Assembly (NCBI GenBank): GCA_964291405.2
Contig: OZ219926.1
Span: forward strand, 800,001 to 864,000
Direction of reading: 5' to 3'
DNA length: 64,000 nt
DNA from: Thermodesulfobacteriota bacterium
Lineage (GTDB): Bacteria > Desulfobacterota > Binatia > Bin18
The notes under the pieces were generated by a model. The model saw only the letters and a list, made by a program, of their open reading frames with translations. It had not been told where the DNA came from and did not search any database. The translations under genes and the position numbers were made by a program. Numbering within the stretch: the first letter of the stretch is position 1; each line of letters starts with the position of its first letter. This document shows, one piece after another, positions 18,556 through 28,321 of the stretch.

Positions 18556-19326
18556 ATGCATTGCTCTCAATCGATCTGGCTGATTTCCATTGGAGCCCTG
18601 CTCTCGCTGCTCCTGGCCTGCAACAGCTCGACGCCGTCCAAGCCGCCTCGCCAACCCACCCCGCTCGACCTGTCTACGGTGGGCACGATTTCCGGAAGCA
18701 TCCATTTCGAGGGTCCCGTGCCGGAGCAGAGCGTGCTGCAACTCGGCGGCTGGTCGGAATGTGCCGTCCAACACGAGGGGACAGTTTACGCCGGGGATGT
18801 GCTGGTCACTAACGGCAGGCTGCAGAACGCCCTGGTGTATATCAAGGACGGTCTGGGCGAGCGGGTTTTTACCGTTCCTGAAGAATCGGTTGAGAACGAC
18901 CAAAAAGGCTGCGTCTTTCTGCCGCGTATTATGGCGATTCGGGTCGATCAACCGGTTCGCTATCTTAATAGCGACCCCATGGCCCATAATGTCCACGGCC
19001 TGCCGCGCAATTCATCCCACTGGAATTTCAGTCTGGGGCTCAAGGGTACATCGCGGAACGTGACCGTGGATGCGGAGGAAGTCGGCATTGAGGTCAAGTG
19101 TGACATCCACGGCTGGATGCGAAGTTATCTGGGCGTGTTCGACCACCCGTATTTTGCCCTGAGCGATCAGGACGGAGCCTTCAGGCTCCACAACGTCCCA
19201 CCGGGCGAGTACACCATTACCGCCTGGCATGAACGGTTTGGCACGCGCTCACAAAAAGTTGCTCTATCGGAAAAGGGAGAAGCAAAGGTCGTGCTGACGT
19301 TTCAATCAGACGCACATCAGGAGTAG
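18556..19326 (+). CDS. Lipoprotein with cupredoxin-like and carboxypeptidase-regulatory-like domains
   Basis: Lipobox LLAC, DQKGCVFLP, NSDPMAHNVH, KCDIHGWM, HPYFA, VPPGEYTITAWHE. Confidence 0.7.
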   Translation: MHCSQSIWLISIGALLSLLLACNSSTPSKPPRQPTPLDLSTVGTISGSIHFEGPVPEQSVLQLGGWSECAVQHEGTVYAGDVLVTNGRLQNALVYIKDGLGERVFTVPEESVENDQKGCVFLPRIMAIRVDQPVRYLNSDPMAHNVHGLPRNSSHWNFSLGLKGTSRNVTVDAEEVGIEVKCDIHGWMRSYLGVFDHPYFALSDQDGAFRLHNVPPGEYTITAWHERFGTRSQKVALSEKGEAKVVLTFQSDAHQE

Positions 19327-19330
19327 TCCG

Positions 19331-19954
19331 TCACTCCTCTACCGGCCAGTCTCTGGCTACCTTCCCACTGATCTGGAAAATCAGATGATAGGCTAGACCG
19401 AAGCCGAGCACCAGGACAATAATCAGCCACAGCGGCCCAAAGGTAATCGACGGATAATGCCCGGAGCCGGTGATCATGCCAAACAGCATGGGGACGGACA
19501 GAAAGGTGTTTGTGCGAGAGGCGAGCAATGCCCTCTTGGGCAGCGCCGGGTCCGGCGCCTCGCCCTTGACCGTAGCGGTAATGATCTGCTGCTGGGCCGG
19601 CCAGATAATGAACCAGACGTTGAACCACATGATCGTACCGAACAGCGCACCCATGCTGATCCACAGCCCCGCACTCGATCCGAACAGACCGGCATCGCCG
19701 GTAAAGCCGCTCCCTAGCAGGAAATACTTCCAGAGAATCATCAACAGACCGGACAGAAAGGTGAACATGGCTCCCCAGCGGAACCACCACAGCGTACGCG
19801 GCATGATCTGCGGGACAACCTGTTTGCGAACCTCCGCTTCGAGTGCGCCCTGAAAGTGGGCGTTAATCAAATTGAAATAGTACAGTAGTCCGATCCAGGT
19901 AATACCGGCCAATAGGTGAATCCAGCGGAATAGCGCTTGGAGAATATCATCCAT
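19331..19954 (-). CDS. Urate hydroxylase PuuD-like membrane protein (Urate_ox_N domain only)
   Basis: RWIHLLAGITWIGLLYYFN, WWFRWGA, MWFNVWFIIWPAQ, SRTNTFLSVPM; GGAGG RBS. Confidence 0.75.
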   Translation of the reverse strand: MDDILQALFRWIHLLAGITWIGLLYYFNLINAHFQGALEAEVRKQVVPQIMPRTLWWFRWGAMFTFLSGLLMILWKYFLLGSGFTGDAGLFGSSAGLWISMGALFGTIMWFNVWFIIWPAQQQIITATVKGEAPDPALPKRALLASRTNTFLSVPMLFGMITGSGHYPSITFGPLWLIIVLVLGFGLAYHLIFQISGKVARDWPVEE

Positions 19955-20133
19955 CGTCTTCCCTCCGTATGACTCTGCCTCTTCTCCCGTACCACTACTA
20001 AAGACCGTCTCATGGCGGGAGTCAATAACAGGGTAGCGTGACATCTGAAAAGGACGGACTATCTCCGGACGAATCGCTTCGCTAAGGAAAGAAACGGGAA
20101 TCACATGTGCTCGCAAACAAAGGGGGAAGTCGC

Positions 20134-20505
20134 GTGCAATATCTTCTGATTGGATTGGGAGGCTTTTTGGGTGCAAACGCGCGCTTTCTGGTTTCAAGCT
20201 GGGCGGCGCGGCTTCTGGGAACGAGCTTTCCGTACGGAACGTTTCTCGCCAATATAAGCGGCAGTTTTCTCCTTGGCGTCGCCATCGCCGTCCTGCACGA
20301 CCGAGCGCTCCTGGCATCCCCACAGCGACACTTCTTCGCCGTTGGGTTTCTGGGTGCCTATACCACCTTCTCGACGTTCACATATGAGTCGATGCAGTTG
20401 TTTCAGAACGGCGGCGTTCTGCTCGGTGTGTTGAATATTGTTGGTAGCGTTGTGGTCGGTCTGCTCGCTGTTGTGGGTGGTTTCTGGATTGGCAGATTAT
20501 TGTAA
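20134..20505 (+). CDS. crcB: Fluoride efflux channel CrcB/FluC
   Basis: GGFLGANAR, FPYGTFLAN, GFLGAYTTFSTF. Confidence 0.92.
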   Translation: MQYLLIGLGGFLGANARFLVSSWAARLLGTSFPYGTFLANISGSFLLGVAIAVLHDRALLASPQRHFFAVGFLGAYTTFSTFTYESMQLFQNGGVLLGVLNIVGSVVVGLLAVVGGFWIGRLL

Positions 20506-20580
20506 ACCCTCACGGCTTCCATTACCTATGCATGACACAGACCTGTTCTACAGGTCATACCTGGGAGAGAAGGAACACCG

Positions 20581-21660
20581 ATGGAACATATTCCGCCAGG
20601 CTGGACCGAACCTGAAACCGTGGCCGTTCGTCCGGAAGCCGCTCTTGATCTGAATGTGGTGGATACCTATGTGCGTGAGCGTCTACCCGATGCTGACGGC
20701 CCACTAACGGTTGTGCAATTTGCCGGCGGGCATGCCAATCTGACCTATCTGGTGCGCTTTGGTACTCACGAATACGTCCTCCGCCGGCCGCCCGGTGGTC
20801 CACTGGCCGTAGGGGCCTATGATATGGCTCGGGAATTTCGGGCGCTGTCTGCCCTGTGGCCGGTTTTTCCACCGGCCTCGCGGCCGTATTTTTTTTGTGA
20901 CGACACAAGCGTCCTGGGTGCACCGTTTTTTGTCATGGAGCGTAAAAGCGGCCTGGTTATCCATAAAGACCTGCCAGCGGAGCAGCTTGGTCGGCCGGAC
21001 GTGTATACCCGCCTGAGTGAAGCCGTTGTGGACACCTTGATTGACTTTCACGCAGTAGATTATCGGGCGGTCGAACTCGACACCTTGGGCAGACCCCAGG
21101 GCTTTGTCGAACGGCAGGTTCGCAACTGGCGCAAGCGCTGGGAGTCGGCCAAGGTCGAAGAACTCCCGCTTATGGACGAACTCGGACAGTGGTTGGCTAG
21201 CTATGTGCCAGCTTCGCCCTCTCCGACCCTGCTGCATAATGACTATAAGCTCGACAATCTGATGGTCGATCCAACAGACATCACCCGGATTATTGCCCTC
21301 TTTGACTGGGACCAATGTACGCTTGGCGATCCGCTTATTGACCTGGGCCTGTTACTCAATTATTGGACCCAGCACGATGATCCGCCGGGCCGGCGGGAGA
21401 TTGCCCAGATGCCCGTTTTACCGGGGTTCTTGTCTCGGGACGCAATCGTCCAGCGCTATGCTCAGCGGAGTGGCCGTGACGTCGGTAATATCAGATTTTA
21501 TGAAACCTTCGCGCTATGGAAAACAGCCGTTGTGGGTATGCAGCTCTTTGTGTTGTACAAGAACGGCCAACTCAGGGATGAGCGCCTCGGCGATTTTGAT
21601 CGCCGCGCCGTCATCCTGGCTGAGACCGCGCATGCGGTCGCTCATCCCAGCCAGTTTTGA
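20581..21660 (+). CDS. Phosphotransferase (APH/ACAD10-like) family protein
   Basis: GGHANLTY, VLRRPP, LHNDYKLDN, DWD..TLGDPLIDLG. Confidence 0.88.
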   Translation: MEHIPPGWTEPETVAVRPEAALDLNVVDTYVRERLPDADGPLTVVQFAGGHANLTYLVRFGTHEYVLRRPPGGPLAVGAYDMAREFRALSALWPVFPPASRPYFFCDDTSVLGAPFFVMERKSGLVIHKDLPAEQLGRPDVYTRLSEAVVDTLIDFHAVDYRAVELDTLGRPQGFVERQVRNWRKRWESAKVEELPLMDELGQWLASYVPASPSPTLLHNDYKLDNLMVDPTDITRIIALFDWDQCTLGDPLIDLGLLLNYWTQHDDPPGRREIAQMPVLPGFLSRDAIVQRYAQRSGRDVGNIRFYETFALWKTAVVGMQLFVLYKNGQLRDERLGDFDRRAVILAETAHAVAHPSQF

Positions 21661-21709
21661 TACAAACGAGTCGGTATTCCCCGTATAGACTAATTGGTTG
21701 CGACTAGGC

Positions 21710-21907
21710 ATGAGCAACACATTGTTTGCACGATTCGGTTGTCTGCTGATCTGCTGTCTCGTTTTGAGCCAGTGTACACCAGCACGCCGCCTACCGCCGC
21801 CTGCACCTCAGCCGATCAGTGTGACCCCACCGTCCCCGCCGCCGACACCGCCGGTTTCAGCAGAAGAGTTGCTCAACCGGTTCAACATCACTCTGGACCG
21901 GGCGTAA
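21710..21907 (+). CDS. Short proline-rich lipoprotein-like ORF, possibly truncated
   Basis: Hydrophobic N-terminus, LSQC, Pro-rich linker, then abrupt stop. Confidence 0.35.
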   Translation: MSNTLFARFGCLLICCLVLSQCTPARRLPPPAPQPISVTPPSPPPTPPVSAEELLNRFNITLDRA

Positions 21908-21964
21908 TCCGGGTGGGGTTACGCCCAGCGCATTGACCCTGTAGGTACGCACACAGGGAGGTTA

Positions 21965-22552
21965 CTAAGCGGAGGATTGTGCCTCCTGCCCTGGAGTGGT
22001 CTCCGCGGGGTGCAGCGGGCAGGTCTGCCCAATCTCCAGACCGAGCACATGAATCAACCGACCGTAGCCGACAAAGGTCACAATTCGCCAGCCCAGTTCC
22101 AGGATTTCCGGCTCGGTAAAATGCTCGCGCAAATCGTCAAACAGCGCTGGTGAAGCCAGGCGGTGGTCTCCGGCCAGGATATCCGCAAAGCGAATCGCCG
22201 CTTTCTCGCGCGGTGTAAAGAGTTCACTCGTCTCGTACTGGGGCAGCGCTGCAATCAGTTCTTCCGTCACTCCTTGTTGCCTTGCCAAGGCAAACCGGGC
22301 GTGCATTCATAAATTGCAGTCGTTGCGCTCAGCCACCTTGAGGCGGGCCAACTCGGTCAGTTTGACGTCAACCTTGCCCCGTTCGCCTGACACCAACGGG
22401 AAATAGAAATTGATAAACGACTTGAACACCTCAGGCGCGTGGGCAAACACCTGTACGAACTCCGACCCGCCGAGTTCCTGGTCGTACTCGCGCATAATTG
22501 CCTGAAGTTCAGTGTCAACCTGATCAAAGGGAACCTTACTCACCCGATCCAT
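21965..22552 (-). CDS. Carboxymuconolactone decarboxylase/AhpD-like protein with in-frame UGA (putative selenoprotein, CxxU), 195 aa
   Basis: ORFs 22307-22552 and 21965-22306 are in the same frame, joined only by TGA, giving ELARLKVAERNDCNL-U-MHAR..FTPREKAAIRFAD. Confidence 0.82.
22277..22293 (-). promoter_or_regulatory. Putative bacterial SECIS hairpin
   Basis: TTGCCTT-GGC-AAGGCAA perfect stem starting 13 nt after the UGA, with a G-first apical loop. Confidence 0.65.
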
Positions 22553-22689
22553 GGGACTCCTCCTGCTTTTACAATATTTCCTCTCTTCCGCGATTTTTTT
22601 TTCAGATGAAAAAGCAAGTCCGCCACGCTGATGCGGGACACGGTCGCATTGACAGGCAGTTGTGTTTTCTGAACCATAAGAAGACCAGC

Positions 22690-23403
22690 ATGCCCGTCTA
22701 CCAACTGACTGAGGAACTCGTCTTTCCCAATCCTGAATGGGCGAACCCGGAAGGGCTGTTGGCGGTCGGCGGGGATCTGGGTCTCAAGCGTTTATTGCTG
22801 GCCTATCAACTCGGTATTTTTCCGTGGTATAGCGACGATTCCCCGATTCTATGGTGGAGTCCGCCGCAACGCTGTGTCATCGATCCGGACGGGTTTCATA
22901 TCTCCCGCAGCCTGCGTCGGCTGCTCCGGCAGGGGCGCTTTTCGGTCACGTTTGACCGGGCCTTTGAGGAGGTGGTCTACGCCTGCGCGGAAACCCGGAT
23001 TCGGAACGGAGAAGGTACCTGGATTACACCCGACATGCTGACTGCCTACTGCGCCCTGCATGAAGCCGGCTTTGCTCACTCGGCTGAGGCCTGGGACAAC
23101 GGTGAGCTTGTGGGGGGGATTTACGGAGTGAGTTTGGGGCGCGCGTTTTTTGGCGAGTCGATGTTCAAACGAGTGGCCAATGCCTCAAAAGTCGCCTTCT
23201 GCCGCTTAACGCAGCAGCTCCACCAATGGCAATTTCAATTGATCGACTGTCAGATCGTTAATCCGCATCTACAACGGCTTGGAGCGTATGAAATTCCACG
23301 CAGCGTTTTTCTCCAGCTCCTCGCCGAGGCCCGGCAGTTCCCGACCCGGCGCGGGAAGTGGTCATGCCTCAAGGCTGTGCCACTGCTTGACCGGTATCCT
23401 TGA
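22690..23403 (+). CDS. aat: Leucyl/phenylalanyl-tRNA--protein transferase
   Basis: GLLAVGGDL, GIFPWY, ILWWSP, FFGESMF, NASKVAF, LIDCQ. Confidence 0.95.
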   Translation: MPVYQLTEELVFPNPEWANPEGLLAVGGDLGLKRLLLAYQLGIFPWYSDDSPILWWSPPQRCVIDPDGFHISRSLRRLLRQGRFSVTFDRAFEEVVYACAETRIRNGEGTWITPDMLTAYCALHEAGFAHSAEAWDNGELVGGIYGVSLGRAFFGESMFKRVANASKVAFCRLTQQLHQWQFQLIDCQIVNPHLQRLGAYEIPRSVFLQLLAEARQFPTRRGKWSCLKAVPLLDRYP

Positions 23404-23446
23404 ATTTATTATTCTCCGGTAACGTTTCCGACGGGGGAATAGTGTC

Positions 23447-23699
23447 ATGCTTGAAGGAACAAAGCAGAGTTCGGCACCAATCAGGGGGCGACGCGTTGAG
23501 GTCACGGTACCCGCCCAGGATGTCGGCCTAGTGAAGGCCGTCGCTGGCGCGCTCCGCACGGGCGGCGATCGCCTGCGCGACGCTCTCGCCCCTCTGACAG
23601 CAGTTAATTGCTAGCTTTTCTACGGGCCTCTCCGCTTGTGGGGGAAGACCTGACAATCGAGCCGACCGAACGCCGGGCCGCGTGGTGGACTTTGAATAG
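23447..23699 (+). pseudogene. Degraded antitoxin-like gene
   Basis: RRVEVTVPAQDVGLVKAVA, then in shifted frames LLAFLRASPLVGEDLTIE..VVDFE*, directly upstream of the PIN gene. Confidence 0.5.
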
Positions 23700-24095
23700 T
23701 GGCGTTTCTGATCGACACGAACGTTATCAGCGAGACCTTCCGTCCACGCCCGGCTCCCCGAGTGCGTGAATGGGTCAGTCGCCAGATGGCGAGCGACCTG
23801 TTCCTTGCGGGAGTCTCGGAGAGCTCGTGCGCGGCGCCCGTCGTGTGCGGGACAGGACGCAACGGGAGCGCCTCGCCCGCTGGATCAATCACGATCTGGC
23901 CACACAGTTTCAAGGTCGTATCCTCCCCTTTGATCGGGAGGCGGCGGTGATCTGGGGGACAATTATGGGCGAAGGTGACAGGACCGGTCAGCCAAAGCCC
24001 ATGGCGCGCAGATCGCAAGTGGCGTTGGCCTAACCCTAGCGCAATATCAGGGATTTCAAAGACATGGGGGTGGCGCTTCGATCCCGACGGAGTGA
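23699..24095 (+). pseudogene. VapC/PIN toxin pseudogene
   Basis: FLIDTNVISE, then frameshifted GELVRG..ILPFD..W and RNIRDF pieces with several indels. Confidence 0.75.
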
Positions 24096-24549
24096 TAAGC
24101 TGAGGTTTGGGGAGGCGGAATGTCGAGGGAAGCCGCCCACGCCTCTCTTGCCGTTGGCCAGCGTCTTTGTTTTTCCACTTCCGGCACCTGTAACTTGGAT
24201 ATGTCCATGCACGGCAGCGATGGCCCTGCCTGTTCATCGTCCGGCATGTGTTGCTCACCGTTCGCAGAGCTTGGGGTATTTTTCGCGGTCCACGCCTTTA
24301 CAAAATTAATTTTCTCTTGCTCGTAGGTCTTTTGCGGGATAAGGCTGGCGCAGGATTTTGAAAAAACGAATCAACACCAAGAAATCAGACTGTAGCCGTC
24401 CACGGACCTCTTGAAGCAAGGCCTCGCGCTTGTAATGATCGCACACGCTCTTTTTTGGCCCCGGATGCTGGCCAGCACGGTAGCTTTCTTTTCAAACTAT
24501 ACGTAGGGATCCCTCGATGGGAGCAGCCGTCTTTCATTTCGCTATGAGA

Positions 24550-25053
24550 AGAGCCAACAGTGCGCCTCAATATCAGCAGACGGATTGATCTCTTCACTTG
24601 TTATTTTCGACAGTCTTTCCAGAGAGTGCCCTAGGTCCACCGTATGGAACCAAGGGGGAATATTTCGAGGTAATTGGCTCTCATCGAACGAAATTTGACT
24701 ATTAAATATGACTATTCCTGAGATGTGGTCCTTGGAATTCTGCCTGACGGCAGTTCAGGCGTTGGAGAAAGTTGAGAAGCACACTCTTATTCTCTCGTAT
24801 TTGAAGATAGGGGTTACGCCCCTCCATCTCGACCCCGTCGGCGTACCATTGCCTTCAGAAAGTAATCTTCCCTCCATAGTCCTTGAAATTAAGAACGACT
24901 ACCTCGCTTCAATATCAACGGTCAGAATCTTTACTCCAAGCGCGTCTTCGCCGGAATCTTCCCAGCCCAACTGGAGTTGAGCGAGTAGAGCGTCGAAAGC
25001 AGTATTCGCTTATGTGTCCGAAACGCTCGCCGCCTATATGCTCTTACGGTCAT
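24550..25053 (-). pseudogene. Degraded NERD-domain nuclease(-helicase) gene fragment
   Basis: Pieces across frames: MTVRAY, NTAFDALLAQL, VVVLNFKDYGGKITF*, NPYLQIRENK, HISGIVIF..WFH; lower GC. Confidence 0.5.
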
Positions 25054-25129
25054 TCTGGATGCAGTTCGATATTGAATTGACTGGGATACGGCTGTTCTCG
25101 TGAGATGGACCGGTCCACGTCTATCAACA

Positions 25130-25927
<798 letters not shown>

Positions 25928-26011
25928 ATCTCTCCCCCCGTTTGCTCCGTATAAAGAAAACCCCCTCACCCTGGCCAGAGTGAAGGGGCAAGGGCACGCT
26001 ATGCAGCATTG

Positions 26012-26887
26012 CTAAATCAGTTCGTATTTCTTGAGCGTGGCTTTCAGCTTTTCCTTATTGGCGTCGGCCATGGGGGCCAGCGGCTGACGCAGCTCGGCTT
26101 CACACATGCCCATCAGCGCCAGGGCGGTCTTGGCCGGAATTGGGTTGGTCTCGATAAACAAGGCGCGGATGAGCGGGACGAGGCTGAGTTGCAGGGCGGA
26201 CGCTTTGTCCCACTCCCTGTTCAGCCCGGCGTTTGCCAGCTCGGCCATAGCCTTGGGCGCAACATTGGCCGCGGTGCTGATAACACCGGCGCCGCCCAGC
26301 GCCATCATGGAAAACGTCAGCGTATCTTCGCCCGACAAGATGGCCAGGTTGTCGCCGCAGGCGAGCCGGATGTCGATCACCTGATCGACTGAGCCGGAGG
26401 CTTCCTTGACGCCAACAATGTTCTCGATCTGGGACAGACGGGCCATGGTCTCGGGCAGGATATTCGAGCCCGTTCGGCTCGGAATATTGTAAAAGACGAT
26501 GGGGAAGCCCTGGGCCGCCTCGGCTACCGCTTTGTAGTGCTGGTAGATGCCTTCTTGCGGTGGTCGGTTATAATACGGCGAGATCATGAGCGCGCCGTCG
26601 GCCCCAATTTCTTGGGCTTCGCACGTCATGTGGATGGCTTCCGCGGTTGAGTTCGACCCCGTCCCGGCCACTACGGGAATACGCTTCCTGGCGACCTCGA
26701 CGACCAGTTTGACCACCTGCGTATGTTCCTGGTGAGAGAGCGTCGCAGACTCACCCGTTGTCCCACACGGAACGATCCCATGCGTCCCGCTTTTAATATG
26801 CCATTCAACCAGGTCTCCCAACCGTTGCTCATCGACGGCATTGTTCTTGAACGGCGTAACCAGCGCCACCAGTGATCCTGAAAACAT
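26012..26887 (-). CDS. dapA: 4-hydroxy-tetrahydrodipicolinate synthase
   Basis: ALVTPF, CGTTGES, YNIPSRTG, GVKEASG, ETNPIP. Confidence 0.96.
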   Translation of the reverse strand: MFSGSLVALVTPFKNNAVDEQRLGDLVEWHIKSGTHGIVPCGTTGESATLSHQEHTQVVKLVVEVARKRIPVVAGTGSNSTAEAIHMTCEAQEIGADGALMISPYYNRPPQEGIYQHYKAVAEAAQGFPIVFYNIPSRTGSNILPETMARLSQIENIVGVKEASGSVDQVIDIRLACGDNLAILSGEDTLTFSMMALGGAGVISTAANVAPKAMAELANAGLNREWDKASALQLSLVPLIRALFIETNPIPAKTALALMGMCEAELRQPLAPMADANKEKLKATLKKYELI

Positions 26888-26931
26888 GCTGCCCTCCTGT
26901 TCTCTTTTGCGATCAAAGAGGAACGCCCATA

Positions 26932-27771
26932 CTACTCGACTTCGACAATTCCTTCAAAGACTTCTTCCGCCGCGCCGGTCATATAGACGTGGTTATCTTC
27001 GGCGCGCCATTCTATTTCCAGGTCGCCACCCCGCAGGTGGACGGTGACCAGGCGCTCCGATTTCTCGTTGAGAACCGCGGCCACACCCGCTCCACAAGCC
27101 CCCGTGCCACACGCCCAGGTTTCTCCGGATCCGCGTTCCCACACCCGCATATTGAGTTCGGACGGACTGACCACCTGAATAAACTCGGTATTGACCCGGT
27201 TGGGGAAGAAGGCGTGACTCTCAAACTGAGGACCGATTTTTTCCAGCGCTATGGCCTCAACGTCGTCGACAAAGGTGACGCAGTGCGGATTGCCCATGGA
27301 GACACAGGTCACGGCATACGCTTGCCCGTCAACGTGCAGCGGCTGGTTCACAATGTGGCCTTCTGCGGCCACAGGGATCTGTGGCCCGTCAAGGATAGGC
27401 TCACCCATATCGACCGTCACACGGGCCACTCTGCCATCTTCAACTTCGAGAAAGAGCACCTTCAGCCCAGCGTCTGTGTCCACTCGGAGCGGATTGTCGG
27501 TCGCAATGCCGTGGTCGTATAGATATTTCCCGACGCAGCGGATTCCGTTGCCACACATCTCTCCGCGGCTGCCATCCGCATTATACATCTCCATGCGGGC
27601 ATGGGCCGTCTCCGACGGGCAGATCAGAATAAGCCCATCTCCACCTATACCCGTCCGGCGCTGACTCACCTGCCGGGCGACCCTGACGGGGTCGGGAAGC
27701 TGGGTGTCAAACGCATTGACATAGATATAGTCGTTGCTGATGCCATGCATCTTGGTAAACGGAAGCTTCAT
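26932..27771 (-). CDS. dapF: Diaminopimelate epimerase
   Basis: FTKMHG.SND, EMCGNG, MGNPH, ERGSGETWACGTG. Confidence 0.96.
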   Translation of the reverse strand: MKLPFTKMHGISNDYIYVNAFDTQLPDPVRVARQVSQRRTGIGGDGLILICPSETAHARMEMYNADGSRGEMCGNGIRCVGKYLYDHGIATDNPLRVDTDAGLKVLFLEVEDGRVARVTVDMGEPILDGPQIPVAAEGHIVNQPLHVDGQAYAVTCVSMGNPHCVTFVDDVEAIALEKIGPQFESHAFFPNRVNTEFIQVVSPSELNMRVWERGSGETWACGTGACGAGVAAVLNEKSERLVTVHLRGGDLEIEWRAEDNHVYMTGAAEEVFEGIVEVE

Positions 27772-27805
27772 GCGTACTGCCTTCCACTGACTGCATACCG
27801 GCTAG

Positions 27806-27859
27806 AAAGAGTAAACGTGTTCAGCATCATCATGTCATTGGAGAACACGTTTACCCTTT
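27806..27859. repeat. Palindromic intergenic element, copy 1
   Basis: AAAGAGTAAACGTGTTC-N20-GAACACGTTTACCCTTT. Confidence 0.8.
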
Positions 27860-28321
27860 GCCCCCTCCGGCTTGCTCCTCCCAGACCAGCTCAACCGTAT
27901 TCGAGACATTGCCCAGATAGCCGTCCAAGGTGACGGCCAGAACACGGTAGCGGTACAAGGTACCAGCCGTCAGCGGCTCGTCCGTATAGCTGAACTTTCT
28001 CTCTTGTTGAAAGCGATCACGGTCTTCTACCGGAATCAGTGCCAGCCGGGTGAAGGGCTGCCTGCCCGCCCCGTCTCGTTGCGCCCGTAGTACCACAAAT
28101 CCGCCCAGGTCGTCCATCTGGCTGCCATCAGCGTAGCGTTGGGGGCGCCCCCAGCGAAGCGTGACGCTCCGCTCTCCTATGGTCAAGGCTAAGTCACTAA
28201 TCGCTTCGGGCGCAACGAGCGAGGGGGGACGAATATCGGTTTTATGTCCGCAGGCGGACAGCAGGAGCAGCGCCCCACTTCCAAGCAGGCAGGCGAGAGC
28301 GTATTGCCTCAGCACGATCAT
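27851..28321 (-). CDS. Lipoprotein (LptM/YifL-like N-terminus plus fibronectin type III-like domain)
   Basis: LSACGHKTDIRPP lipobox; LRW and YRYRVLAV FN3-like pattern. Confidence 0.7.
   Translation of the reverse strand: MIVLRQYALACLLGSGALLLLSACGHKTDIRPPSLVAPEAISDLALTIGERSVTLRWGRPQRYADGSQMDDLGGFVVLRAQRDGAGRQPFTRLALIPVEDRDRFQQERKFSYTDEPLTAGTLYRYRVLAVTLDGYLGNVSNTVELVWEEQAGGGKG

Noticed and set aside
19955-20133. Fluoride riboswitch upstream of crcB
   Set aside because: No GGCGATGG...TGA..CCT consensus or matching pseudoknot visible
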